Positions 13,601 through 25,714 are shown, numbered from the stretch's first letter. The stretch: DNA of 64,000 nt from Enoplolaimus lenunculus (GCA_030248215.1 JASANG010002214.1:372001-436000), one strand, 5' to 3'. Notes: generated by a model not told the origin, from the sequence alone. Program-made: numbers and translations.

Positions 13601-14761
13601 AGAGCATCCGTTATCTAATTGCGCATTCTGAGTGAACTGTAATTTCTCGTTTAAACCGTTCAACATCATCAAGTGATAAATTGAAAATTTGAAAATTTCG
13701 TAAGCTTAATGTCTACTGAATCTTAACTCAATTCAATAGCTAAAGTTGCTTAATTGTTGTGCGTTATATTTTCAGCAGTGGCATGTCACTTAGTCCTCAA
13801 CCGACGCTAAGCAGTTCCACGACAACCAGCGCGACTTATCACCATCCCTGCGGTGGTCAATCTAATCGAATCAATCATGGTCCCGTGATGGGCGGAAGTT
13901 GTGGAAGCGCTAATGGTGACATCGGCAACAGCGGCCATCCACAACAACAACGGCAATCAATTTCATCAGTCTCACCGCCGTTGTCGAATCCAGCAAGTCA
14001 CTGCATCGACGATGAAGCAAAATCGCTTGTATCGACTCAAAGTGGCGACTCTGGCAAACGATCAGCCGGAGTCGCGTCTGCCGTTGCGTCAACGTCTGAA
14101 TCACCGTCGCCGCTTGAATCGACCATCGATCGCGTGTCCGATGTTACGGATCAAATCGCCACAAACGGTGGCGATTTGATTGTCAGACATCAAGCATTGA
14201 TTCAAACGGCGACGACTCCGATTGCTGGTAGCGATGATTTCAGCCGCGAATCGCTAGACAGCGCTGTTGGATCGTACCGGCAACCGCAGCCGCCACCTGT
14301 GGTCCCAGCGAAGCCGAAATACAATTTCAGCGCTGAGACCGCAGGTAAATCGACCGTGATCGGCGCGCAAGAAGTCTATCGTGATCCGCGCGAACAACGA
14401 CTACGCTCGTTGCAAGAAACGCCTAAATTTTCGGTGAGTTTTACCGGTTTATTCAGTGGGCACCAGTGTTGGATTTAATCCGATTTTGACAGCATTTTTG
14501 TTTTGTTTTGGCATTTCTGATGTCGACGGACAGAGTTTGTTAACAGTAGCAATCGAACGCTGTATTTGGGGTTGAAACCTATACCGATTTGACGTTCGGA
14601 TTTCGAATGCGGCTTTTGTGGTGTTTCAGGAAGGCGAAAAATTGTCATTCTCAGACAAAATGCGTTTATTCGCTCGTGAAGCTGGCGAACAAACTGCGCC
14701 CAAAGAGCGTTTGAAAGCGTCGTCAGCGCAACGCGAAATTGAAGTATCGCTTTTGACGTGA
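1679..14761 (+). CDS. AFDN: Afadin/AF-6/Canoe homologue, 3' portion (end of the PDZ domain to the C-terminus). The 5' exons lie upstream of the window.
   Basis: Phase-consistent exons: 1679-1815, 3342-3617, 4031-5652, 7840-9105, 11005-11190, 11765-11994, 13776-14433, 14630-14761 (TGA). Recognisable motifs: PDZ end AASLMSNTGPVVKFTVLKRSAFYNG; coiled coil SPWEQDE...RDEEIAALE...EEDRLRVLRLEREFQRR; VIGAQEVYRDPRE; C-terminal actin-binding-region motif EKLSFSDKMRLFAREAGEQTAPKERLKASSAQREIE. Confidence 0.9.
9442..9698. mobile_element. MITE with TGT...ACA termini and a TATA target duplication (Ginger-like, tentative)
   Basis: TIRs TGTCGTAGGCCAATCTGCTATT / AATAGCAGATTGACCTACGACA. TATA on both sides (9438-9441, 9699-9702). 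The superfamily call is an inference from the termini and 4-bp TSD. Confidence 0.65.
10227..10484. repeat. Local tandem duplication of about 120-125 bp
   Basis: 10227-10352 and 10365-10484 are near-identical (TTGAAGAAACG...GGATCGTT.TGGATA). Confidence 0.9.
10666..10794. repeat. GC-rich imperfect foldback, probably a MITE remnant
   Basis: GCCGTCCGTCATC pairs with GATGACGGATGGC; CCGTGCGTCA with TGACGCACGG; GTATCGTAC with GTACGATAC. Confidence 0.65.
11296..11470. mobile_element. Telomere-repeat MITE family copy (degenerate)
   Basis: GGCCAATGTATAAACAGGGCC ... CCCCTCATCTTTACACAGGCC termini; degenerate GCCTAA-type core; flanks GGGTATAG/GGCTATGG (6/8 match). Confidence 0.75.
12293..12569. mobile_element. 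MITE with long imperfect TIRs (PIF/Harbinger-like, tentative)
   Basis: TGCAAGTTTTTGCTGCGA...CAGCTGCAA pairs with TTGCAGCTG...TCGCAGCAAAAACTTGCA. The right end reads GGGGCT followed by TAA. Confidence 0.6.
13157..13575. mobile_element. hAT-type MITE (CAGGGATGG family); partial inverted relative at about 37740-37939
   Basis: CAGGGATGG ... CCATGCCTG ends; TSD CATCGGCG/GATCGGCG (7/8); GGTCTCGG subterminal repeats. Confidence 0.75.
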
Positions 14762-14866
14762 AACTGTTGCAGTAACCGATTGTCTGCAGGCGCGTATACA
14801 AGAACAATATGAACGCCTTCTAAATCGTGGAGATCAAAAACATTTTCTCACTCATTGCGTTTTTAC

Positions 14867-15250
14867 CAGGGTGCAGCCGGAATTACAATTTACCGGAACC
14901 GGAACAGGAATTTGAAAATTGTACCGGAACCGGAAAGTGAAAAATGCATTTCACCAAAAATTTCATTTTAATCTTATTTTTTGCTCTATTCTTTGTGAAA
15001 TAACCTTAGTCGAACATAGGTATTTATTTTATTTGTAGTATTTTAGATTTTCATCATCGACTGAAGTTAAATCCACCATCAATGGCTTATATTCGGAGTA
15101 CAAGTGGCTTTGAACAGAGATTCTTAAAAATTAACAAAGTTAAGAAAACGGTCAATTTATAACACCGGAATTTTTAAATCCGGTAAAAATTTACCGGAAC
15201 CGGGACCGGAAGGTGAAAAATGCCGAAACCGGAATTCCGGTTTCACCCTG
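14867..15250. mobile_element. hAT-type MITE (CAGGGTGCA-CCGG family), 105 bp after the afadin stop codon
   Basis: Perfect 8-bp TSD GTTTTTAC; CCGGAA subterminal repeats; near-identical inverted copy at 35003-35405. Confidence 0.9.
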
Positions 15251-15410
15251 GTTTTTACTACTACAGATTTTTACATGAAGTGCTACTTTTCCGAAATGAA
15301 ATTCTCGTTTACGCCCCTGAATACAAGATGCCAAGAATCTCAATGTGTCGAATTTTTAATTTGGTTCAATTGACACTTCGCGTTAATTCATTCCATACTT
15401 TACATCGACC

Positions 15411-15569
15411 GGCCCATGTAAAGATCAAGGGCGTTTGCGGGACTGCAATAGAGTAAAGCGTAAGCTTTAGACTTTTTTGCTTAGGATTACGTATAAGCTC
15501 ATTTTCGATTAGGCTTAAGCTTAGCAATATGTTTATACTACTATTACGACCGTATTCTAGACATTGGCC
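15411..15569. mobile_element. Telomere-repeat MITE family copy, reverse orientation
   Basis: GGCCCATGTAAAGATCAAGGGCG ... TTCTAGACATTGGCC; internal TTAGGC-like units. Confidence 0.75.
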
Positions 15570-16358
15570 CGTCTGTCGATTATTTGTCTTTTTTGGCAAG
15601 GGGAAATGTAACGAAAATGATATTTGAAATTTGAAATCTGTGAATAAAACGAAAGTTTAACGAACTTTCAAGCGACACTGTTTGCGTAGCCGTATTTATC
15701 TCACAAGTGACGTTTGCAGAGTAAGTACGGTTAGTATTCATGGTGTCTTTCGGGACATGGCTTACGAAATTGCTGTTTGCATCATTCTGCTATTAATCTG
15801 ACGGGGAATTTCATTCGTTCGAAGATATTGTCTAACACTTTTTAAAAACGAACCGAAGAATATATTGGGCTCTGATATACTTCTCGAAATTTAAGATTAT
15901 GCTTGGGCTCAGGTAAAAGTTTAGGCTTAGCCTTAGGTATATAAGCGTTTTCCGAAACCTTAGCTTAATCGTGTGGAAGAGTGTATACAAGAGTCATCTA
16001 TTGAGTATGTTGTTATATGTCCTTATATACAAGATTCGTATTTATGATATGTGTAAAGTTTTTTGGTAACAAAATTTACTGCGGTCATGAATTGAAAATT
16101 CGAAAACATTTGTTCTTTCTACACCGTTCTTAACTGGACTGTAGATAATTCTTAGTATAATTTTAAGATCATTTTGAACTAAACTTTTTTCCTAAGTACA
16201 AGCCATCTTTACAGAGCGAATGTGTGTATATCTTGAAACAATTAGCTGAAAAACTAATGCTGACAAGCTTGTCAAGTTTTGTGTCGGTCTTATGCTTAAA
16301 TTTGGATGCTATATGATTTTGATGCAGAGGAGTATAATAGAGTATCCTGCCCTTGTTT

Positions 16359-16530
16359 GGCTAATTTATAAAACAAGTCGCTAACCGGAGTATAAGCATT
16401 TTTGTTAAGCCTAAGCCGAAGCGTAAAAATGAGCTTATAACAAGCCTAAGCAAAATAAATTAGTCTAAAGCTTAAACCTACTCTATTACAGTCCCACAAA
16501 AACAGTCCGACCCTGAACTTTACATGGACC
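16359..16530. mobile_element. Telomere-repeat MITE family copy (degenerate)
   Basis: Ends CCCTGAACTTTACATGGACC; internal GCCTAA units and the family motif AATTAGTCTAAAGCTTAA. Confidence 0.7.
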
Positions 16531-17233
16531 TTTTGTTGTTAATAACTGGAACTTTCTTGCCAATCAACATACCTACGGTATCCCAATTTACAGTTATGAG
16601 TTTTTTGTTATCTCTTTAATTCGGGACTATTTAACGTATTCTGTCTTATATGTTATGCTTTGAACACGAATAGCTGAACAGTATGCTGCTAAAACTGTAA
16701 GATGATTTACATTACAAAAGCGCGTTTGCTTTGTCGACACGAGCGAATATTCGACAGGGTTCCAGTGCAATTCCAATTCCGACTCAAATTTCAGGCAAAG
16801 CTTTTTAATCGCTATATGCGTTATTCTGGTGCCAGAGTTTCAAAATTTTTAATTCCTGTGCCATTAAGTGGTCATTTTGTTGTTAAAATTGAAATTTCAG
16901 TTCCAGCAACGATACTGAATGTGAAAAGAATACAAATGCGCGGTCCAATACACAAAAGGTCGGCCAAGAATTGGGGCCAACTCATAAGCGTTGAATTTTA
17001 GGTGATCTTTTCCGTGACTTCAACCATTATTCACTCGAAAAGATTCTGTTATGAAAATTTTACATATTCTAAAAGCTGCTCATATTCTCTTTCTGATAAT
17101 TCTACACCTAAAGTTGAATTTCTTAAAAAGAAGTAAAGATCCTCAAAAATTTGTTCGGGAAGTTTAACAAATTAGATAATATTCGACGCAAAACGGATGT
17201 CTGGTTTTCTGCCTTGCGTTGCGTACCCATTTT

Positions 17234-17675
17234 AGCCAATGTACAGAACTGGGCCGTAAGAGTATAATATAAGTATATTCCTAAGCCTAAGCGTAAAATA
17301 TGTGCAATACACCTAAGCGTAAGCTAGACATAAAAATTAGTCTAAAGCTTTAACCCCTTCTCACACTGAGTAGCCTATAGGCAACTCAGCGCAGTGTATA
17401 TACGTTAACTAATATATATCGCACCGTGTTTAACAATTGCAACACGTATACATAGTACTAAATCACCACAAGACGTGAGCTGCCCCTCGGGCTGGAGCGT
17501 CAAGCTCCTATAGCTGAGTGGTGATGGTATACGCCTCCAACTCTAGTCACTAGTTCGAATCCTAGCACAAAAGTAGGTCTCAGGGGAAATAGAAAATATT
17601 CATGTGAGAAAGGGTTCAACTCAGTCGATTACAATCCCGTAGAAAACGTTGCGCCCCTAATCTTTACAATGGGCC
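17234..17675. mobile_element. Telomere-repeat MITE copy interrupted by a nested piggyBac-type MITE
   Basis: AGCCAATGTACAGAACTGGGCC ... TCTTTACAATGGGCC; TSD CCCATTTT/CACATTGT (6/8); split at the family AAGCTTAA site by 17354-17614. Confidence 0.8.
17354..17614 (+). mobile_element. piggyBac-type MITE (about 262 bp) with tRNA-like A/B boxes, copy 1
   Basis: TTAA-CCCCTTCTCACA ... TGTGAGAAAGGG-TTCA; A box TAGCTGAGTGG at 17511-17521; B box GTTCGAATCC at 17553-17562. Confidence 0.85.
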
Positions 17676-18003
17676 CACATTGTGCAAAAATCTAGAATAA
17701 ATTAATGTAGCAGAATTGCTGACTTCAAAATTTTGGTAAAACGCTTTCTCGTTGGATGTCCCACTTTTTGCCATGAAAAGAATATTATATACATTATACA
17801 GCACAAGTGTTGGCAGTTCAAGACATGAGCAGGGGCCTAGCCACAAGTTTGTAAAAGGGGGTTGCGTTCTGCAATAATTGCGAAAGAGAATTGCGTTGTG
17901 TACAACTGAAAATCTTCCTAACAACCCCTGGGCGAAAATCACAAATGGGTGCTGTGACCCCTTTTTTCTGTGGCTAAGCGTTGGATACAATAAGTTGTAA
18001 GTT

Positions 18004-18277
18004 ATGCAAATTCCACAATATGCGTACACTAGGTGACTTTTAAAGGGGTAGTGGGATGAACACTGAAGCCAAAAAAGCTTCAGTGTGCTGCAAGATGAAG
18101 CCAAACAGCTTCAGTATGTAACACAAAGAAACTAAAAATGCGCTAATGCGCTGCACACTAAAGCCCAAAACCTTCAGTACGCAATACACTGAAGCTAAAA
18201 AAGCTTCAGTGTCTATCACACTACTTTTACTTCCTCAAAAGTCACCTGGTGTACGCATGATATTGTGGAATTTGCAT
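18004..18277. mobile_element. Foldback MITE downstream of the glutaredoxin-fusion stop codon
   Basis: ATGCAAATTCCACAATATGCGTACACTAGGTGACTTTT pairs with AAAAGTCACCTGGTGTACGCATGATATTGTGGAATTTGCAT; internal CACTGAAGC..AAAAGCTTCAGTG repeats. Confidence 0.7.
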
Positions 18278-18366
18278 TATAGTTTTCAAACTGAGCATTT
18301 GTAGTTTTTCACAAATTTCAACGGTAGTTTATTGCGTTTTTACTATATACGGAATCGTTGAGCTGT

Positions 18367-21300
18367 TCATCTGTGATAACATTGATTGAGCAACGTGTTA
18401 AACCGACCGTTTCGCATGCTAAGAACTAATTGATTGTAACCTGAAATACAATGACTTTTTGGACAAATCACTGCAACTAAAAATTTAGCAAAAAACAACA
18501 TTTATAAAATAATATTGTGAAATTTCTGAACCTATGGCTTAAAAATTTTCGTGAAGCGAATATTAATTTTGTCCGGTCAATGTAAAGAACAAGGGCGGAA
18601 CAGTGTTTTATAGCATATTCCTAAGCCTAAGCCTAAGCCTAAAGCGTCAGATGAGTTTATTCCTAAGCCTAAACCTGTTAGCCTCAACCGAAGCCAAGCG
18701 AAAATACAGTCTAAAGCTTATAGCTTACACTATTCTAGTCCCATAGAAAAACGTTCCGCCCCTGATCTTTACATGGGCTTTTTGTCCTACAAAGACAGCG
18801 CAGGAGACAGAAATAAACAGGCGCATGCAAAGCAAGCTTGTAGCAAGGATTTTCAATTGTGTTTCAAGATGGGTTTTAGCTAACTACGAGTTTAGACTAA
18901 AATGTCGATGTTTAAACAATCTATTCGCGAGTAAACCAAGCGGAAAGCTTCACATTCATACACTATTTAACATTTAAAATCATAAAATGAAAAATTTAAA
19001 TTTCGTTTGTGTTCGAAAATGAATATTATCCTAAACCACTTACCACCAATGAACCAGCCGCATACAAATATTTGCGGCACAGTGCGTTGACCCGTCATTC
19101 GTTTGACTGCAGTAATAATTTGTGGACCGTTACGGATTCGATCAAAATCGTACGCCGCATACGAAATTCCATAATTTTGCAGCAACGCTCGTGCGCCTTT
19201 ACAATATGGACACGTCGATTTAGTGTACATCACCACTGGATATGATGCTATCTGAAATTGCAGTTTTGCAATTTTACAATAGTCAACTACGGGCGTAGAA
19301 ACTCAGAAGGCAAAATAATGGCTCGCTACGAAGATGAAAGAACCTGCCGACTGTGTCTAAAAGCCGATGCGCCGAATTAAGGATAAAGCCAAGCGCATAA
19401 TTAAAGATAAGCCGTAGTTCGTCTGTGTCGATGGTCCTGCTGTCTTCCATGATGCAAGCCCGTATAATTACCAAATAACTTGGTCCGTAAGAATTATAAA
19501 TGGTACAGCAAACGGAAGAGTAATTCTTAGAAAATTTCAAGATAAACGTGGGCTTAAAGGGTTTTCAATGTATACAGTGGCGTTTGAACAAAAGAAAAAC
19601 TACTTACAGCACCCAATTTATCTTTTACTTATATCTGCGCAGTCTTTGAAAACTACTGAAGATGAAGCGATGATACAAGGTTTATTCTTACGAATGTACT
19701 TTCAAAACTTATGCTTTAAAGTTTCGAACTCAACATTAATATTTGGGCATTGAGTTACTTTTGCACTACAGTTAGGAACAATTGATGTATATGGACTCTA
19801 ATTTGGATTTAGGGACTCTATCCGCTTACGCTCTCGTATTACAAATACGGACTCTGATTGATTGGGACTCAAAATAAGGGACGACCCCTCTTATTGCCCC
19901 CCTCTTATTCGGGTCACTACAGCACTTGTGCTCAAATGTGTTTGCAAATCAAAAACACGCTATCTCGAAATGGTATATCTGTAGTAGGCCAACCTGCTGT
20001 TTGACATAACCGTTCCATGTGTTGCCAAAAGGCGTTGGAAGCGAAGGAACTCCGTATGGCTGAGCGTATTTTGGTGCCGATCGATTTAGTTCAACATAAG
20101 ACGTTCGAGCAGGCCGTTGAAAGACTGATGGGTCTCGCGAAAATGCGGACGGCGCTAGAAAAAAAAACAGTCCTTTGCAATGGACCACAGTTTGTAGAAT
20201 GACGATAAAGATTAGCATTTTATGAATCACACTGGCTTTCAGTTTCATTAACCCTTTCTCACATGAATATTTTCTATTTTCCCTGAGACCTACTTTTATG
20301 CAAGGATTCGAACTCCAGTGACTGGAGTGGGAGGCGTATGCCATCACCACTCAGCTATAGGAGCTTGACGCTCAAGCCCGAGGGGGCTCTCACGTCTTGT
20401 GGTGATTTAGTACTATGTATACGTGTTGCAATTGTTAAACACAGTGCGATATATATTATTTAACGTATATACACTGCGCTGAGTTGCCTATAGGCAACTC
20501 AATGTGAAAAGGGGTTTAATAGCATATATGTATAGATATTAAAAATATAAAAACATTGATAACTTTATGTTGCCGCAAATTAACAAAGAATGGGTTTGTT
20601 TTTTTGAATGTTTTAATTCATGATTTTCCGGCGTACGGTTGAAAATTTTTAAGAAGTCTATTTTTACGGTTCCGAGGAAATGGTTAATCAATTTATAAAT
20701 TGAGTAAAATTAAGGGTCATACATTTAGTCACTGCTGATCAAAGTGACGCGCCACTTTCGACAAATTTTCTGACATTTACTCTATAAATATCAACTCAAT
20801 CCCAAATCACTAGAAATCAACCATCAATATTTGCCGCCGACCGTCGCTTATATCACTAGCTGGCGGTAAGTTTTGAAACTGAATAACTGCAACAGTTTCA
20901 TAATAAACGTTGTCTAAATATCTGTAATGAAGTGAACAACGAAGTCAAATATGCGAAAAAATTCTATATTTTCGAGTTGGTCATTCATTGGTTCGAAAGT
21001 TACAAGACCTATCAATGTCAAATGAGCGTCCTATAATGTATTTCCGTTACTTACGCGATTTTCCTCCATATGCACAACAAAGGCCACTGGTGCCAGACGC
21101 ATAACAATATGACTGATATGGATGCTGTGAGCATTGAAATCCTTCTTGCTTGTAGCAGTAGGCAAGTGGACGGATACCGCCAGGACAATATTTTGCTGAG
21201 TATCGGCGATTCGATGCGTAGGAATCTAAAAATGAAATTCTAAAAAGCAAACTATATTTTACATTGGCCAAAATGTTGAACGCTTTTTAGTATTAACAGG

Positions 21301-21904
21301 TTCGCTAACTTCATACGCTTTTTATAGGCACAAAATGGTTATCATGCGCACGACGCCGTTGGTTTTACAGGAATCAACAACGGTGTTCAGTATGTGGGGG
21401 CCATCGGATGGAATAATGAGTACAATATGCGTATACGAACCGACAACGTGGTCAACTACTTAACTTTGCCACGCTTTATTGTTCAATTATGAATTTTAAT
21501 ATTCCGAATGATCGGTATACCTCCGGCAAAGAGCATACACGGAACTAAGATTCTCTCTGTTTTTAATGAAAATTACACAAACAATACTCAAGTATATATA
21601 TATGGTTTGGTTTTAAACGATTTGTCTCTGCTAGCAGTTAATTATTGAAAGAAATATATTTGTTTGCAGGGGCCCATGGTCCGTTGGTCTCAACCTTTGG
21701 TTACCGGTCTTCCCTTGAGGTAGGGTGAAAATAATATGTTTTGTGCTGTAGGCGCCCGAATGAAACGTCAGCATGATGGTAATAAACGGAGTTCCGATTT
21801 TGAGCCTTGAATCGCGTCTAAATTAGAGTCAAATTTGCAAAACACCAACCTTGGAGGTATAAGCACAAAAAGCAAAATAACAAAATTGGCACAAATTTCG
21901 CCAT
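18367..21904 (-). CDS. Predicted secreted protein (about 222 aa): signal peptide, 6-Cys module, linker and dithiol (CPYC) glutaredoxin domain
   Basis: Exons on the minus strand: 21904-21850 (MAKFVPILLFCFLCLYLQ); 21225-21055 (YCPGGIRPLAYCYKQEGFQCSQHPYQSYCYASGTSGLCCAY); 20154-19994; 19251-19044 (PVVMYTKSTCPYCK...GQRTVPQIFVCGWFIG); 18440-18367 (GYNQL...GRFNTLLNQC..stop). All introns are GT-AG, phases 1,1,0,1 are consistent, total 669 nt. The glutaredoxin domain is firm (CPYC, TVP, GG motifs). The join to the first two exons is inferred. Confidence 0.8.
18575..18779. mobile_element. Telomere-repeat MITE copy in the last glutaredoxin intron
   Basis: Perfect 8-bp TSD TTTTGTCC; TIRs GGTCAATGTAAAGAACAAGGGCGGAAC / GTTCCGCCCCTGATCTTTACATGGGCT; (GCCTAA)n core. 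Confidence 0.88.
20252..20514 (-). mobile_element. piggyBac-type MITE with tRNA-like A/B boxes, copy 2 (intron 2 of the glutaredoxin fusion)
   Basis: TTAA at 20248-20251, then CCCTTTCTCACAT ... ATGTGAAAAGGGG; near-identical to 55576-55837. Confidence 0.88.
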
Positions 21905-22686
21905 CGTTAAAATATATAATAAACTACAACTGAAATGTAGTTTCGTTGTAAACTGAAAACGTTTTTTATAGCAGACTTTGCTAAACAGGCTATTAGTAAC
22001 AAAATAAATATTATGTTTGCATTTCAAGCAAAACCGATGCAAACACAGTGTCATCCAACAATCTGACGCGTCCCGGTTATAACGTGAATTCCGCATCAAA
22101 ATCATGGGCTGAACCAACATTTTCGTGTGGGTAAAGGCCACTCGAATTAATATACAGTTGTGCTTTAAAGTTTATCAGTTATCAACAGAAATGTCAAATT
22201 CATTGGACATCACTCTGGCTATCCTTTTGCAACACCGAGCACACCTGTGATCCAGCCCGAAGTTAACAGTATTACCGTTTGAGTCAGCACTTGAAATGCG
22301 GTTGATTCCCGGAATTGTAATTTCGATGTTCAAGATAACAGTGCTCTATAAATTGGCTGCAAAGAAGGCATTTTAGTAATAAACTAAACTTGTTTGCAAT
22401 TCGAAAAATTTAATAAAGGTTTGTTTTCAGCGGTGATCACTGACAGAGCAGACAGCCGTGGGTGCTCCTTCAAACCCCGGAGTGGGGCCCTCCAAAATAG
22501 AAGCAAATCCAGGACTGTTAATTTCAGGATGAGGCCTCCAACCAGTGGAGGGTTCTGATGCTCTCGGTGTTTGATCCGATGTTGTCCGTGCTCACACTCA
22601 TCTTCAGCTGTCAGGACGACCCTCGCAACAGTAACAATTTCAGCAAAAGTTGCATAATGGTAGATCCATGGAGTAAATCCTTTTTA

Positions 22687-23088
22687 CAGAGTGTAAACGG
22701 ATGGTGAAAATTACGGAAATGGATAGTGATCAAAATAACAACAGGGAAACGGAACACGGATATTGAAGTATAAAAGTTTCAAAAATGTTTTATTATTCTG
22801 CCAACACGATTGATGCGTGCATAAATTCATCAGTCTTTTAAAAATTTCAAAGAAAAAATGGTGGATGCATCGAAATTTTTAACTTTTTGCATGAACTTCG
22901 TAATTTATATTTCATTTCGAACAATTTCGGCATATCTGTAACAAAAAATTGCGAGATATAGGTATACGTCATTTATAACTAATTTTGAAAGTAAAAATTA
23001 CGTTGAATTCCGTTATTTCTATATTAACGAAAACGGGAACGGACGCCGATTTTGCCGGAAACGGAAACGGACATCCGTTTGCACCCGG
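22687..23088. mobile_element. hAT-type MITE (CAGGGTGTAAAC family)
   Basis: CAGAGTGTAAACGG ... CCGTTTGCACCCGG; ACGGAA subterminal repeats; homologous to 55154-55534 and 59049-59461. Confidence 0.75.
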
Positions 23089-23687
23089 CGTTTTTTAAAA
23101 AAAATATTTTTGCTAAACAGCGCATATTTTAGATAAAAGCAGATAAAATATTCGTATGCTGCAATTTGTGAAGAAAAAGTACGACACACCTTAGCCCAAA
23201 CATATATATTACCGTTCTTGACCTTGAATATTTCATTTCGAGAGAGTTGTATTATCTTAAATGAAATGTTGGCGAGTGAGCGAATCGAGAGAGAAAATTT
23301 GTTGACATTTTGCAATTTTTAAGGTCTGTGGAGTTTCCGTGAAAACCTTAAAAAATCACAAAAAAGTAGAATAGTGACAAAGCTCGCTAGCGAATCGGGC
23401 CAGAAGCCAAGCGCTTTCCAAACTTTAATGGTTTTTGTTTAAACTGGTTAGGTGGGGTGTCCTTTAGAGGTGAGCCTACCAAATGGTGGAGATGGAATTG
23501 CCTGCTCTGGCCCTTGCTGTGATCTTTCTTTTGTAGTCTATCGGCATATTCACAAAGTCGCGAAGCCAGATACAGTTCCAAACTTCATTGGTTTTCGTTT
23601 CAAGTGGTTAGAGTGTGGGTGCCCTTTATGGGTGGGCCTACCAAATGTTTAGGGTGGGATTGCATGCTCCCACGCCCACCCTAGTCG

Positions 23688-23905
23688 CACTGCAAAAAAT
23701 AGTGAGTCAAATTGACTCTCTCCGAAACAGGCTTTTACTGACTACACAAACTGGGTCAAAAAACGACACCGACCGAGTCAAATTCGACTCACTGAGCGAT
23801 TCAGTGAATCGAATTTGACTCTGGCGGAGTCGAATATTGACTCAGTATGTGTAGTCTGAAAAAGCCTATTTTGGACAGAGTCAATTTGACTCACCATTTT
23901 TTGCA
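23688..23905. mobile_element. CACTA/EnSpm-like MITE
   Basis: CACTGCAAAAAATAGTGAGTCAAATTGACTCT long TIR with its inverted partner; homologous copy at 52944-53155 and partial copy at about 47456-47580. Confidence 0.75.
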
Positions 23906-25714
23906 TAGCATGTTCCTCTTTCTCTAGCCTTTCGGCATACTTAAACGCAAAATTGTATTTTGTAACGACGTGTTTGCAACTACGCCACCAGCTAACTTTA
24001 TCTTTGAAAGTCTATCCTGGTCTCTCAGCATCTTTCCCGTTAAGCACGTATTGCCAGCAGCTGTTTGCCCAAAAACATTCGAATTTTGAAACGTTTACAT
24101 CCGCTTTTTCTTAGAAATCGTTCGAATATTAAAAATTTGTAATATGTGTACTTAAATATCTTGAGAGGTATACACATTACCTAACATTTCAATTATGCGC
24201 TCAAACTTAAATTTGTGACAAATTCCAATTCACTGTTGGTCCCGATTTTGAAAATTTTGCATATTCGAGCATCACAACGGGTATTCTGAGCATCCATACT
24301 CGTTCTTAAGGTCATATTGATTTCGCTTAGGCCTAGAAAATCCTGTCAAGCACTTTGATAATTTAATTAGTGCTCGGCATTGGATATTCTTTCATATCCG
24401 GAGATCCGGCAGGCATTGGATATTCTTTCATATCCGGATATCCGGCAATTCTTGCCGGATATTTATCGGGATATCCGGATACACGTTTGTTTTCGGATAC
24501 ATATCCGGATTTTTAACACAGTGCAATGAAAGTCTTTCTAGCATAGAATTCGTTTAGCAGCTGAAAAACATTTGGGTCATGGGGCAGTTATCCGTTGGGG
24601 GGCGGTACCTCTCACTCGCCTCCTCCCCTGTTGCTGAGGCGACCGTTTAGGTTTGGGTAAACCCTTGTCAGAGGGACGCAATAAACAAACGCGACTGAAC
24701 CAACAAAATCAGCGCAAACATTCTTCGTCATGGATAAATGAGCTTTATTTACTCATTTATGTACAAATTAAACAGAAACACGAAAGAGCAAGTATATATT
24801 TCCGTTCTCTTTTATATATTTAGAAAATGATAGAAATGTTTAAAATAGTTGGCTTTGCAAGATTTGAGTTTTATGAAACAAACAGTAGAGATTTGACGAA
24901 TTTTTTTGTATGTTCCGCACTCTCAATAAATGATTGTGCTTAAAAGAGTGTCTTGTATGTAAAATAGCATACTTGATTTATCACAAAGTGCCTATTGTCA
25001 ACAATCAAATCGCTCTAAGAGTGCACACGTACCATGCCGCACCCTGAACAACCTTTCACTCCTATGGAACGCTATATACTTCTATCAGCGTTTTAACATT
25101 TGTTTGCGGATTCTCAAAATCTCTGACGGGGGGACGGGCGCAATGTGTAATAGCAAAATGTTCGTGACGGAGACGCTAAACGCAATAGTGCAAAATGTTA
25201 ACTCACAAAATTTTAGTTTGAACTTTGTTGTCGGCAGGGACCCGAGCGTGGTCCCACAATGGATGCGACGGTACTCCTGCTTATACGCTCTTGCAAGTTG
25301 ATTTTAGGGTCTAAACAACGCAAGCCGTAGTGTAAGATTAGTCTGTTCTCTTGTTTGTCACTCTCGACTACCCTGTCAAATAGCAGTAAAATTACCGTTT
25401 AATCACTAAAAATTAAGATGAGAGTATAACTTTGTAAATATTTGTGTTTAATTTTGCTAAACTAATAAACTATTAACTTTTACACCATTTTGTCCATAAA
25501 AGAACGAAAGAAAAGGAAAAATGTAAAAACAAACACATTTTCTTTGTGATATAATTATATTTTGAATTATTTTTAGAATGTGACAAATTTAATTCAAATC
25601 CAATTCTGATCGCCAAAATACAATGGGGAGGTCAAAACGCTTATAATAAAGTCGCAAGCCAGATTCTTGCAAAATATTGGTTCTTGTAGGCTTTCCTGAA
25701 GTATTAAAGCTTTC

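Noticed and set aside
19949..20350. ORF as the first exon of a stand-alone glutaredoxin (MLIFIVILQ...)
   Set aside because: Its 5' part runs through a MITE, and a strong poly-T CTAG acceptor ending at 20155 matches the phase-1 donor after 21055. An internal exon is more parsimonious, though an alternative start is not excluded.
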